Origin: Camelus dromedarius
Taxonomy: Eukaryota
DNA: 64,000 nt
Assembly: GCF_036321535.1 (NCBI RefSeq)
Contig: NC_087438.1
Location: forward strand, 2,544,001-2,608,000
Direction of reading: 5' to 3'
The stretch's first letter is position 1. Each line of letters opens with the position of its first letter. The translations under genes were made by a program, and so were the position numbers. Below, in pieces: positions 13,011-24,089 of the stretch. The notes beneath the pieces were generated by a model. The model had not been told where the DNA came from. It did not search any database and worked only from the letters and a program-made list of their open reading frames with translations.

Positions 13011-14992
13011 CACAGCAGAGCTTAACCATCAGTGACAAGGTGAACGGAATTCTGCAGTAGACAAGGGGGCAAGCAGGGCGCCTCAACCCGGAAGGGTCAG
13101 GGAAGGTGTTAATGGACCACTGCATTCCCAGGGCTGAGAAATAGGGGCCACCAACTGGGATATTGTCTGGTTTGTACACAAAGAGGAAGAGAGAAGAGAG
13201 AGTGCAAGCTAGCGGGCTTGGAGCAGAGGCCAACAACAGCCCTGCACAAACCCACGTCAGAGTTGGTCCAGTGGATCCAGAGACCCACTCTGTGCTCCCT
13301 CCACCAGTCCCCAGGATATGGGCCAGAGCTCCAGTTTTCTCCTGGATCCTGGGCAACAGCGATGGCATTGTGGTAACCGTGGCATTTGTGAGCACCTACG
13401 ACATCCCCAGTGCTTGACCTGTGTTACGGCACTCAAAAAAGTCCTCGCCGAACCTTCTGAGGAAGACATAATTCTCCTTGCTTATGGGTGAGACGCTGCA
13501 CCCAAGGTCACACATCGTTAAGCGGCAGGTGGGCATCTAGGCTCATCTTGGAAGGGCTCTGACTTGAGATTTTCAGTCAATGCTGTTTTCTATTGGTTTA
13601 AAATTGATTTTTCAGACCATGGTTTACTTATTTATTTTAGATTTGTGGCTCTATTTGCAACTACTTAAAAATTCGGCAACATGCAGTGGCTTTTTATATT
13701 TTGTTTTCTACTCTCTGTATGTTGTGTGCCATGCACATCCCAGTTCCTCTCTATAGAGAAAATGCTAGTCTTTTCCAGCTATTTCTAAATTGTCCTGGCA
13801 CCAAAATTAAAATTTAGTATATTTTCTTTAAAACGTTAGTTAATACTATTTCTTCTTTGTTCTATTTGCTTTTCCCTGCTAGAATTAAAAATGGGAGCTC
13901 CGGGAATGAAAGACTTCAATGGAAAGATTTGCAGAGTGAAGCCGTCCTAAGAGCGGTCTCGTCGGAGGCATGTCACGCTTGGTCTGGCTCGCCTTCCCGC
14001 CCTGCCCCACGCGCGGGGCATCGTCCATCGTTGGAAGTGGCCTCCGGCAGGAAAACTTGCGTGTCCACAAGCGACAGGAAACAACACTGTCTACACTGCC
14101 TCTGCCACTCGCTCTAGTCTTCTTAAACGCTGCTCCCCGCAGCACCCTGCCTGTGTTCCGTGTTGATTTGCTCAGCTTACAGCATCTGCACTTCCTAATA
14201 AAGACAGCACGGAGATGAGCGCCCCGATAGCACCCTTGGCAGTCATCTGGGCTGCGCTCGGGAGAAGTGGAACCATGTCTGGGTGCACAACTTTGGAGAG
14301 CCGCACGCCGAGATGTGGGGGGCTGATTGTGATGATGACTATTTCTGGGTTAATCTTTCAAAGCTTTCTTTTTAGGAAGTGAATGTATAAATAAAACAGG
14401 CAAAAAATATATATATCCGCCAGCAGGCAAAGGAGGAGAGAGCCATAGTGCCGTTGAGTTCTGTAATCACAGCACAGCCGCCCCGTCCGTGGCTAATGGA
14501 AGGGTGATGGGATATCATAATCCCTTTGCTGAGCTCCTTTACTGCAGCCATGATGACTAAATTTCTTGTGTCTTATCGCACTGGCACAGGCTGGAACCGG
14601 GAGAAGGGGCTCTGAAGAAAACAGCATGAAAACGAGAAAGACGATGATCAGATTACCAGCCCCTGGATCTGTGAGCCGGTCCCAATCTGACCAGAGCAGG
14701 CTTGATTCCAGACCCACGGGGGGACTTAAACCCCAACCTCTCGCTCTTCGTCCCAGCACACCACTGTTTTTAAAGAACACCAGACAGCCTTCCAATTACG
14801 ATGCTGTGGTTTTCTCTTTCTGCCCTGGTCTACCCACTGTAAATCTGCTAGTGAAAGAGGTGGCCCTTCTGGAACTTCAGGGGTGCAGAAATCAGATGGA
14901 CTGATGGATTTCAGGTTAGAGATCCTTCCTGGAAGATTGACTATCAAAAGAGGTGGAGAGTGGGGAGCCACAGTTCTTTGCCTCTTCAGGAA

Positions 14993-15016
14993 GTGTGTGT
15001 GTGTGTGTGTGTGTGT
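14993..15016. repeat. (GT)12 microsatellite
   Basis: Perfect GT run. Confidence 0.95.
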
Positions 15017-17088
15017 TTCACACAGGTTTTTCTGGGGCAGACAAAGGTGGGGTCCTTTGAGGCACAGAGCAACTCATTGCTTCTGAGAGTCTGAACCATC
15101 CCCTCCACAGACACAGGACCCAGCTGTGAGCTCAGCCTCTCTCTGCTTCTCAAGGGGTTGACCTGTTTTGCATTTTGAAGGAGAAGAATTTCTTTCACCT
15201 GCGGAGGTGATAAGAATTCCTTGATGTCTGATTCTTACTGTGTTTAGTCCAACAATGGTGGAATCATGTTCCATAAAATAAATTCCTCTGCAGGGTGAGA
15301 TGGGGTAGCTATTGGATGCCATCTGCACTTGAAGTCCAGAGACCCACATTCAGTGTCATGGAGAACCAAGATACCACACCTCCCACCTGCCATGAGCCTC
15401 ACAGGTACTGGAGCTTTGAGCCAATCTTTCATAGGCTTGGGGAGGGTGGAGAAGCATCAGGAGGGGAACACTTGTTCTCTGGTCATTTGGCTGTTAAGAG
15501 AGGCAACCAGACAGATCCAAGTATAACAGGTAACTTTAAAAAATGTTGGGCAAATGTAAGCTTCGGCAAGGGCTAGGTCAACCAGGCTCTGAGAAAGAAA
15601 ACATGCACTGAACACTCAAGCCAGATGAAAGAAAGAAGAAGTGAAACATCCTGGCAGAGAACCCGAAAGAGCTAGGATGCTGAGCTCCCTCTCAAAAATG
15701 GCTACGCCAGGAGTCTGTAAAAGAGAAAGATGGACGGAAAGAGATGATGCCAGGGCACAGGTCCTGGAGGCAGTGTTGGCATGAAAGGGGGTTCTATCAG
15801 GAAGCCAAGAGAAGACTCCGCTTCCGGGAAAGGCCAGGATAAGAGTCACGGCTGGGAATCATGAGGAGCCTGGCTGTGGGAAGCTTGTAGCAAGGACAGA
15901 TCTGTGCAGGTGAAGAGGATAAGCTTGAGTTGGGGCCACTGTTTGCTTATTGAGAATCGGTTTTACTCTGTTGTGTTTCCAAGGTGAAAGGAGCCAACTA
16001 CGGAGGGCTAAACAACTTTTTAAAGTCTGTAGGGAAAGTTGTAAGAGAGAGATAAAAGTATATATTTTGAAGTTTTAGGGACCAGATCTGATCATGATGA
16101 ACTTATCCAGGAGCAATCTAGTTGTCTTAAAAGCATTAGAACCTACTTTCAAGGAAAGTGTCACTCATAGATGAAATCACAATGATTTATTTAATATGAT
16201 CCAATATAATATGTATTAAACATTACAATTGAGTTGGAAGGACTGATTCTCCTTTACCTCATTAATCACACTGTTCTTGAACTAATCTACAGATTGGCCC
16301 TATGTAAAGAAGAGTTTACATGTTCAAGTGGAAATCATTAGTTCTTTGTAAAATATCAGATACAGTGCATTTGGTTTTCCCCAAACAGACCTAGAGAAGC
16401 TGGAAAAAGCTATCTCTTGAAAACTTTAAAAAGGTATTACCTTGATGGAGAGCAACAATAACAACAGTAACACTGAGCAGATTTGAAAACTGAGGGGAAA
16501 ATCATTAGAGCCAGGAGAAGAAAAAAAACCATATATGCAAATAGACAAATGTCAATAGATTATATGAAGCATGCCAGATTCTTTTGTAAAAGACAAGCAG
16601 CAATAAGGTAAAATAGATTTTAGATCAATAAAAAGATACAAAATGTTAAACATTTTGAACTTTTCTTGCTAAGTGGAATCCCACTGACTGCAGATTTCCA
16701 CAAGTGTATGTGCTGGAGGTGTTGAAGGGTCCTAACTGTGCCGGGGAGAGCTGAGGGTGGAAGCCCTGCTTCCCTGCTGAGACCCCTGGGATGGGCAGCT
16801 GGTGAGCCTCCCAGTGCTGTGTCCTTATCCCTGGAAGGGGTTGCAGTGCTGTGCCAAGAACTGCATCAAGGGACCCATGGTACAGAGGAAAGTTTCCATG
16901 AATATTGGCTACCCTCACTAATGATGAAGTCTGTGTGTATATGTGATGTTAGCTCTGAGGCAAACAATACAGAATTGAATAATTACCCTTTCTCTGTAGC
17001 TGTATTTCCTTGGAACTGTGGGAGGATCTTCATGCTTATTTGTCAGGAAAAAAAAGGGTTCTCCAAGCAGGTTTGCATTTGTATAGAC

Positions 17089-17546
17089 CTAGGTTTCTCA
17101 GTCCCAGCACTCGTGACATTTTAAACTAGATATCCTTTTTAAAAAAATTTTTTTGAAGTATTGTTGATTTACAATGTTGTAGTTTCTGGCGTACAGCACA
17201 GTGATTCAGTTATACGTACAGATGTATATTCTTTTTCATATCTTTTTTCAATATAGTCCCCTGTGGTATACAGTAAGACTTTGTTGTTTATCTATTTTAT
17301 ATACAGTAATGTGTGATAATGCCAAATTTATTTAATGCCCTAATTTATCCATTTCCCATCTTTCCCCTTTGGATTCTTCTTTGCTGCAGGGCTGTAATGT
17401 GCATTGTGAGATGTTTAGCAGCATTCCTGACCTCCATCCTCCAGATGCCATTGACACTGTCCACTCCATCATGACTCTCAGAAATGTCTCCAGCCATTGT
17501 CAAGTGGTCCCAGTGGATCTCAATGGCCCCCAGTTGAGAACCACTG
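17089..17546 (-). mobile_element. MER20 hAT-Charlie DNA transposon, split by an L1 3'-end insertion
   Basis: 17089-17135 and 17373-17546 match consecutive parts of reverse-complement MER20 ('gtgcattgtgagatgtttagcagcat', 'aatgtctccagccattg', terminus 'gttgagaaccactg'); degenerate 8-bp TSD gtatagac/gcctaggc. Confidence 0.85.
17136..17372 (-). mobile_element. 5'-truncated cetartiodactyl L1 3' UTR fragment
   Basis: T-rich tail then 'gaagtattgttgatttacaatgttg...gtacagcacagtgattcagttatac', the antisense L1 3' end. Confidence 0.85.
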
Positions 17547-19050
17547 GCCTAGGCCTTCAGACAAGCTGGGGGCGGCTGGGGACAGAGCACCCCATACTTC
17601 AGAGCCTGGTACTTAACCGTAGCATTCAGGCAAGTTGCTTCAGAGAACAACCCTGTAGGGTCTTCTGGTGCAGCCTCAGGATGACGCATACTTTGGCCCT
17701 GACTTGCCGTCATGTATCACAGGCAGACGTGGACCTGTACAGTGACATCCAGCAAGATGGATCCAAGGGCCGATCTTCTGCTTTGAGGTAGAACAAAATC
17801 ACAGCTGGACTGTTTTTAAGGATCCTGAATTACTGCTTTCATATTTTCCTTCTGAAACAACTCTGAGGCTGTGAAATAGGAGGTTTCTAAAAGAAGGCAG
17901 TATGCTCTCCAAATAAAGTGAGGAAAATATGGTATGAGTCCTCTGAGTCTTCAGGAGCAAGTGAGAGAGGAGGCATATTCTGGTTGAGGTGCAGTGACAT
18001 CTCTTCTTTCATTCTTCAGTTTGTGAGGTGAGCCTCTTGCTGGTACCCAGAGATGCCATGTTGGAAGAGGCACGGTTCAAGCCTTCAGGAAAACCAGCTG
18101 GGACAACTACATGATACATATACTCAAAGATCAAACATCCTTTGGAAGACCAAATATAATTTAAATCAAAATCACCTCCTACAATCAAACTTTCTTGAAA
18201 CTCTTGCTTTCTCCTTGGTGGATGTTACTCCACTGCACAGACATGATGTGGTCACCTGTGTGACACTTTAATGGAGTTAGAATCTTACAGTTAGGATATC
18301 TCTAGAACTCCCCCATACATTTAATTTTTTTAAAGTTTAATTTTACACAATGCAAATTACAGTATAAAGTGATTTAAGACCAAAATACACTTAAAAAAAC
18401 TAGTAGCTAAATCGAAAAGAAAAACAAAATTGAAATTGATTTGTAATATTTTTTCTCATGAGCTGGTATAATGGTCATGTTAATATTTTAACTCTAATCA
18501 TAGTAAAGATGAACATGTAAACCTGCCATGTGTGCTTTGTAAATGAGCTAACTGAAATTCAGAACATTCAAATCAACAGTGAATTCAGTTCTCCTAGAAG
18601 AACACTGCTGAGAAGTCCCCAAGAAAGTCAATGAAACAGCTTTGAAAGAGAAATTTTTACTTCTCAATTATCTCTGAAACTGGAAAAACAGAAGGAAACG
18701 TTTTGGACAAAAATATATTCTTTCACACATTGTTGTACATTCAGAGGAATATGTTTTTCATTTGAACAATTCAGCATCCTTATTTCTAAGTAATATCTGT
18801 AAAAAACAATTTTTTAAAGGATGAAACTTGCTTGAAGCTATCTGCATTTGTTAATGAATACAATAAGAGCATTTTATGTTGCTTTTATGTTAATAGGATT
18901 TCACTGTACTGCATAATCCTGTTTATAATTTTGCCTTAAAATATTTCTAAATTGACTACAAAATAATTTACTTTGTAAAAAAATCTTGAAAAAGACTAGT
19001 TTTACTATTCATTTTATATTTTAATGCATTTCTTTTCATTTGTTTTCTTC

Positions 19051-19162
19051 AATAATGAAAAGAGCTAACATTTAAAGAGTGATTGAAGCATCTTGTGTAT
19101 TAAATTGTTTGCCCACATCATCTCATGAAACCTATGCAATGATTCTTTGGGGTGGGTAATAT
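19051..19162 (-). mobile_element. MIR SINE fragment
   Basis: 'agctaacattta...catcatctcatgaaacctatgcaatgattctttggggtgggtaatatta' resembles the antisense MIR 3' half. Confidence 0.6.
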
Positions 19163-19499
19163 TAAAAAAACATCATATAAATGTGTGTTTTTAAATATTC
19201 ACTGAAATTCTTATTATAAAAAATAGGCTTATATATTCTGGAAATTAAGCTCTTGTCAGTCACAACTTTTCCAAATATTTCCTCCCATTCCATAGGTTGT
19301 CTTTTTGTTTTGTTTATGGTTTCCTTTGCTATGCAGAAGCTTGCAAATTTAATTAGGTCCCATTTGTTTATTTTTGCTTTTATTTCTATTGCCTGGGTAG
19401 ACTGTCCTAGAAGAACACTGCTGAGATGTATGTGAGATAATGTTTTGCCTATGTTTTCTCCAGGAGATTTATTGTGTCTTGTCTTATGTTTAAGTCTTT

Positions 19500-20382
19500 T
19501 TTTTTTTTTTTAACATTTTTTATTTATTTATAATCATTTTACAATGTTGTGTCAAATTCCAGTGTTCAGCACAATTTTTCAGTTATTCATGGACATATAC
19601 ACACTCATTGTCACATTTTTTTCTCTGTGAGTTATCATAACATTTTGTGTATATTTCCCTGTGCTATACAGTGTAGTCTATTCTACAATTTTGAAATCCC
19701 AGTCTATCCCTTCCCACCCTCCACCCCCCCGGTAACCACAAGTCTGTATTCTCTGTCTGTGAGTCTATTTCTGTCCTTTATTTACACTTTGTTTTTGTTT
19801 GTTTGTTTTTGTTTTTGTTTTTTAGATTCCACATATGAGTGATCTCATATGGTATTTTTCTTTCTCTTTCTGGCTTACTTCACTTAGAATGACATTCTCC
19901 AGGAGCATTCATGTTGCTGTAAATGGCATTATGTTGTCGGTTTTTATGGCTGAGTAGTATTCCATTGTATAAATATACCACATCTTCTTTATCCAGTCAC
20001 CTGTTGATGGACATTTAGGCTGTTTCCATGTTTTGGCTACTGTAAATAGTGCTGCTATGAACATTGGGGTGCAGGTGTCATCCTGAAGTAGATTTCCTTC
20101 TGGATACAAGCCCAGGAGTGGGATTCCTGGGTCATATGGTAAGTCTATTCCTAGTCTTTTGAGGAATCTCCACACTGTTTTCCATAGTGGCTGCACCAAA
20201 CTGAATTCCCACCAGCAGTGTAGGAGGGTTCCCCTTTCTCCACAGCCTCTCCAGCATTTGTCATTTGTGGATTTTTGAATGACGGCCATTCTGACTGGTG
20301 TGAGGTGATACCTCATTGTAGTTTTGATTGGCATTTCTCTGATAATTAGTGACATTGAGCATTTTTTCATGTGCTTTTTGAT
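19500..20382 (-). mobile_element. Younger 5'-truncated L1 (~880 bp) nested inside the older L1
   Basis: Poly-T tail, 3' UTR and ORF2 C-terminus; perfect 13-bp TSD TGTTTAAGTCTTT at 19487-19499 and 20383-20395. Confidence 0.95.
19909..20370 (-). pseudogene. L1 ORF2p C-terminal (Cys-rich) fragment, non-functional
   Basis: '[14 protein letters not shown]...[18 protein letters not shown]...[12 protein letters not shown]' is ORF2p; the last Cys of the CCHC motif is Phe and a TGA replaces the usual Trp after 'MPFTAT'. Confidence 0.9.
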
Positions 20383-21103
20383 TGTTTAAGTCTTTAAGGC
20401 ACTTTGAGTTTATTTTTGTGTGTGGTGTGAGGGAGCGTCCTAGCTTCACTGAGTCACAGGCTGCTGTTCAGCTTTCCCAGCACCACTTGCTGATGTTCTT
20501 GACTCCTTTGTCAAAGATTAATTGACCAAAACTTTGCAGGCTCATTTCTGGGCTCTGTGTTCTGTTCCACTGATCCATATGTCGATGTTTTTGTACCAAT
20601 AATACCATGCTGTTTTGATTACTGTAGCTCATACAACTTAATAAGAAAAAAACAAACAACCCAATCCAAAAATGAGCAGAACCACTAAACAAGCAATTCT
20701 CTAATGAAGACATACTAATGGCCAATAGGCACATGAAAAATGCTCAATGTTCCTAATTATCAGAGAAATGCAAATCAAAACTACAATGAGGTGTCACCTC
20801 ACACCAGTCAGAATGGCCATCATTCAAAAGTCCACAAACGATAAATTCTGGAGAGGGTGTGGAGAAAAGGGAACCCTCCTATATTATTGGTAGGAATGCA
20901 GTTTGGTGCGGCCATTAAGGAGAACAGTATGGAAATTCTTCAAAAGACTGAAAATAGACTTACCAAATGATCCAGCAATTCCATTCCTGGGCATATATCC
21001 AGAGGGAACCTTAATTCAAAAAGACACTTGCACCCCAATGTTCATAGCAGCACTATTTACAACAGCCAAGACATGGAAACAAACTAAATGTCCATCAACA
21101 GAT

Positions 21104-21106
<3 letters not shown>

Positions 21107-21157
<51 letters not shown>
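21107..21157. repeat. (AT)25 microsatellite within L1
   Basis: Perfect AT run occupying the position of part of the ORF2 3' sequence. Confidence 0.95.
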
Positions 21158-21158
<1 letters not shown>

Positions 21159-21844
21159 CTCACCCATAAAAATAATAAAATAATGCCATTTGCAGCAACA
21201 TGGATGGCCCTGGAGAATGTCATTCTAAATGAAGTAAGACTGAAAGAGAAAGAAAAATGTGGAATCTAAAAATAAAAAAAAGACAAACAAACTTATTTAC
21301 AAAACAGAAACAGACTCACAGACACAGAAAATAAACTATGGTTACCAGTGGGGAAGAGGGTGGGAAGGGATAAATTGGGAGTTCGAGATTTGCAGATACT
21401 GACTGGTATATATAAAATAGATAAACAAGTTTATACAGTACAGCACAGGGAACTGTATTTGATATCTTGTAGTAGCTTATGGTGAAAAAGAATATGAAAA
21501 TGAATATATGTATATTCATGTATGACTGAAGCATTGTGCTGTACACCAGAAATGAACACAATATTATAAACTGTACTTTAATTAAAAAACATGTTTATAC
21601 TTTGCATTTTAAACTTAGTGTTTGATACCAAGTATTTTAAATATAGTTTACTTATTTAATATTATTCTATTTATAAATGTATTTATCTTTTATTATTCTA
21701 TTATTTGAATGGACTCTCTTTAGCTAATCTCCACTACTAGACATTTATATTTTTTAAACAGTTTTTGCCAAGTCATAACTCAGTAAGATTCTTCAACATA
21801 AATCTTAGTGTTCTTTGATTATTCCAATCTAAAATTCTGTATCA

Positions 21845-24087
21845 TAGAAGAAACAGCATACAGATATTTATAGGAGCTTTATTCATAATTGTCAAAAAAC
21901 TGACAGGAATTAAGTTGTCTTTCAATAGAATGGATCAACAGTTTGTGCTACACACATTTAATGAAATATTCACTGATAAAAAGAAATGAGCTAACAGGCT
22001 GCACAAAGCATGAAGAAGCCTTAAGTGCACCTCCCTGCACATTGCTAAATGAAAGTGCCAGCTGGAAAAGGCTACACCCTGACCCCGTTCGTGAGGCGTT
22101 CTGGACGAGGGTGTGTCTACTGCAGACGTCATCTAGGCATCAGTGGTGGTCAAGAACCCCAGGGCTTGAGTAGGTACAGCAAAGGGGATATTTCAGGGCG
22201 GTGAAACTATTCTGTATGGTGGATGCATTCACTCCTTTTTTTCTTTTTCTATTGAGTTATAGTCTGTTTACAATGTTGTGTTAATTTCTGGTGTACAGCA
22301 CAGTTTTTCAGTTATACATGAATGTACATATATTCATTTTCATATTCTTTTTCTTTTTTTTCACCATGAAATTGTTATGGTGGGTACATTCACTGTTTAT
22401 TTGTTAAAATCCATAGAGTTCTAGATCACAATGAGTAAACATTAATGTGTGCAAAATTGAAAAGTTCATTTAAGAGGCTGAGAAATCCCTTGTCTGAATG
22501 CATAATGTTACAACTGTATTACAATCGTATGAACCACATCACTGAAGGGGGGGAGTGAGAAGGTGTTGACCTACATACACGTCTTTTTGAATAAATGGGA
22601 TTTGTTAAAAAAAGGAACTGCACAGAAGCACTGTACTCTAGTTGATAAAGTTGTTTTCCACAGGGATATATGCTAACAATTCTGGAAAAACTATACATGT
22701 ACACTAGTATTGAATAATTACATAAGTGGATGTGGATGGTGAGAGCCAGTTTTCTTACTGTTGGCGTGGGAAGTAACAGACAAGCAAAGGAGAAGGCTAA
22801 AACTCTCCATGTGGTAATAGCTTAGAGTGGGAGACATCAGTATGAACCCATATTTAACTTGGTGTAGAAACAGGTAGTGTCACATAGATAGAGAGATAGA
22901 TAGACAGACAGACAGATATGCATTTATGCATAGGTTGGAATCCACTCATACACTTCCTTGCTGAGAGGACCTGGAAACAATGACACCCCAGCATCAACAA
23001 AAACAGGTAACTTGGCTAACCTTGGTTTCTACTACAATCCTCTAAGAAAAAGAATCAGGGAAATCTGGAGAAGAGCTGATGCTGGGACTGAGGCAGGAAA
23101 CAGACAAAACGAGGTTTGACTATCTTATATCTACCTTACATCTTGTAGCGCAAAAAATAAGGAAGTGCTCAAAGGAAAAGAGTCTGCACTGATACAGGTA
23201 TGTCAAAGGGACACAGAGCCTACCGCAGGCCCCGGTAATCAAATCTGAAAAAAAAAATTAAGCAACAAAGGAAATACAGTAGTATTGTATTAAATCCAAA
23301 GTATAAAATAAGTATCCATGAATCCAAACTAATATAAATGAATGAAAAATGAAAGGCAAGTAAATAAATGTGAGATTATAGAAACATCTTCTGTGCAGAA
23401 TTCCAGATAATTTACGTAGACATTCTATCCTGAGGGAGGTGGAACATAAATTCCCACATATTAAGTAGGAGCTGCACATTGTAACATCGTTCCAAAAGGC
23501 ATAATATGAAAAGGGGCTAAAAAGAGTGACTCTATAGTTGGAAGAAAAACAACAGAGAACTACTACCTCAGCAAGATGGTTAAGGTTGTCATGTTGATAG
23601 TATCTACCCTTAATATGATGTGAGCAGAATGTCAATTTACCTTTTGTACTCTTCTGCACAACCCATAACCTCATCTAATCATGAGAAAACAGAAAGAAAT
23701 AAAAAAAACATTAGAAATACACTAATACCTATTAAATGGCGTTCTATATCATACCTGATCAGTGCTTTTGAAAACTTGCAAGGACATCAAAAACCAGGAA
23801 CGTCTGAGAAACTGTCACAGCTAGAAGAGACATAGCCGCTAAACGTATTCTGGTATCCTGAGTGGGATGCTGGAACACACACAAAAGAAGCCATCTGGCA
23901 AAAACTAAGGACATCTAAATAAAGCATAGTCTTTAGTCAACAATAATACATCAATACTGGCTCATTAATTGTGATAAATTAATGGAAGTTTTTAATAATG
24001 TAGAAAACTGGGGGTGAGCTATATGAGACTCACTGTACTATCCTTGTTATTGTTCAGTAAAACTAAAACCATTAAAAAATAAAAAAA
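21845..24087 (+). mobile_element. Ancient L1MC-type (L1MC3-like) ORF2 end and long 3' UTR
   Basis: Characteristic segments 'agcactgtactctagttgataaagttgtttt', 'gagacatcagtatgaacccatattta', 'gggcggtgaaactattctgtatg'; A-rich tail at ~24070-24087. Confidence 0.75.
22234..22375 (-). mobile_element. Very short L1 3'-end insertion (~140 bp) inside the L1MC element
   Basis: T-rich tail and antisense L1 3' end; 19-bp TSD (17/19) tatggtggatgcattcact at 22215-22233 and tatggtgggtacattcact at 22376-22394. Confidence 0.9.
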
Positions 24088-24089
24088 TT

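Larger units (their letters stand above)
19234..21583 (+). mobile_element. 5'-truncated, 5'-inverted L1 (inverted arm ~19234-20629, sense arm ~20626-21583)
   Basis: Antisense ORF2 sequence switches to sense ORF2 C-terminus and 3' UTR at 'gtagctcatac'; ORF 20903..21169 is ORF2p-like; degenerate 16-bp TSD at 19218-19233 and 21584-21599. Confidence 0.9.

Noticed and set aside
16080..16520. Possible L3/CR1 remnant (also ~59160-59420)
   Set aside because: Similarity too weak to support by eye; needs nhmmer against Dfam
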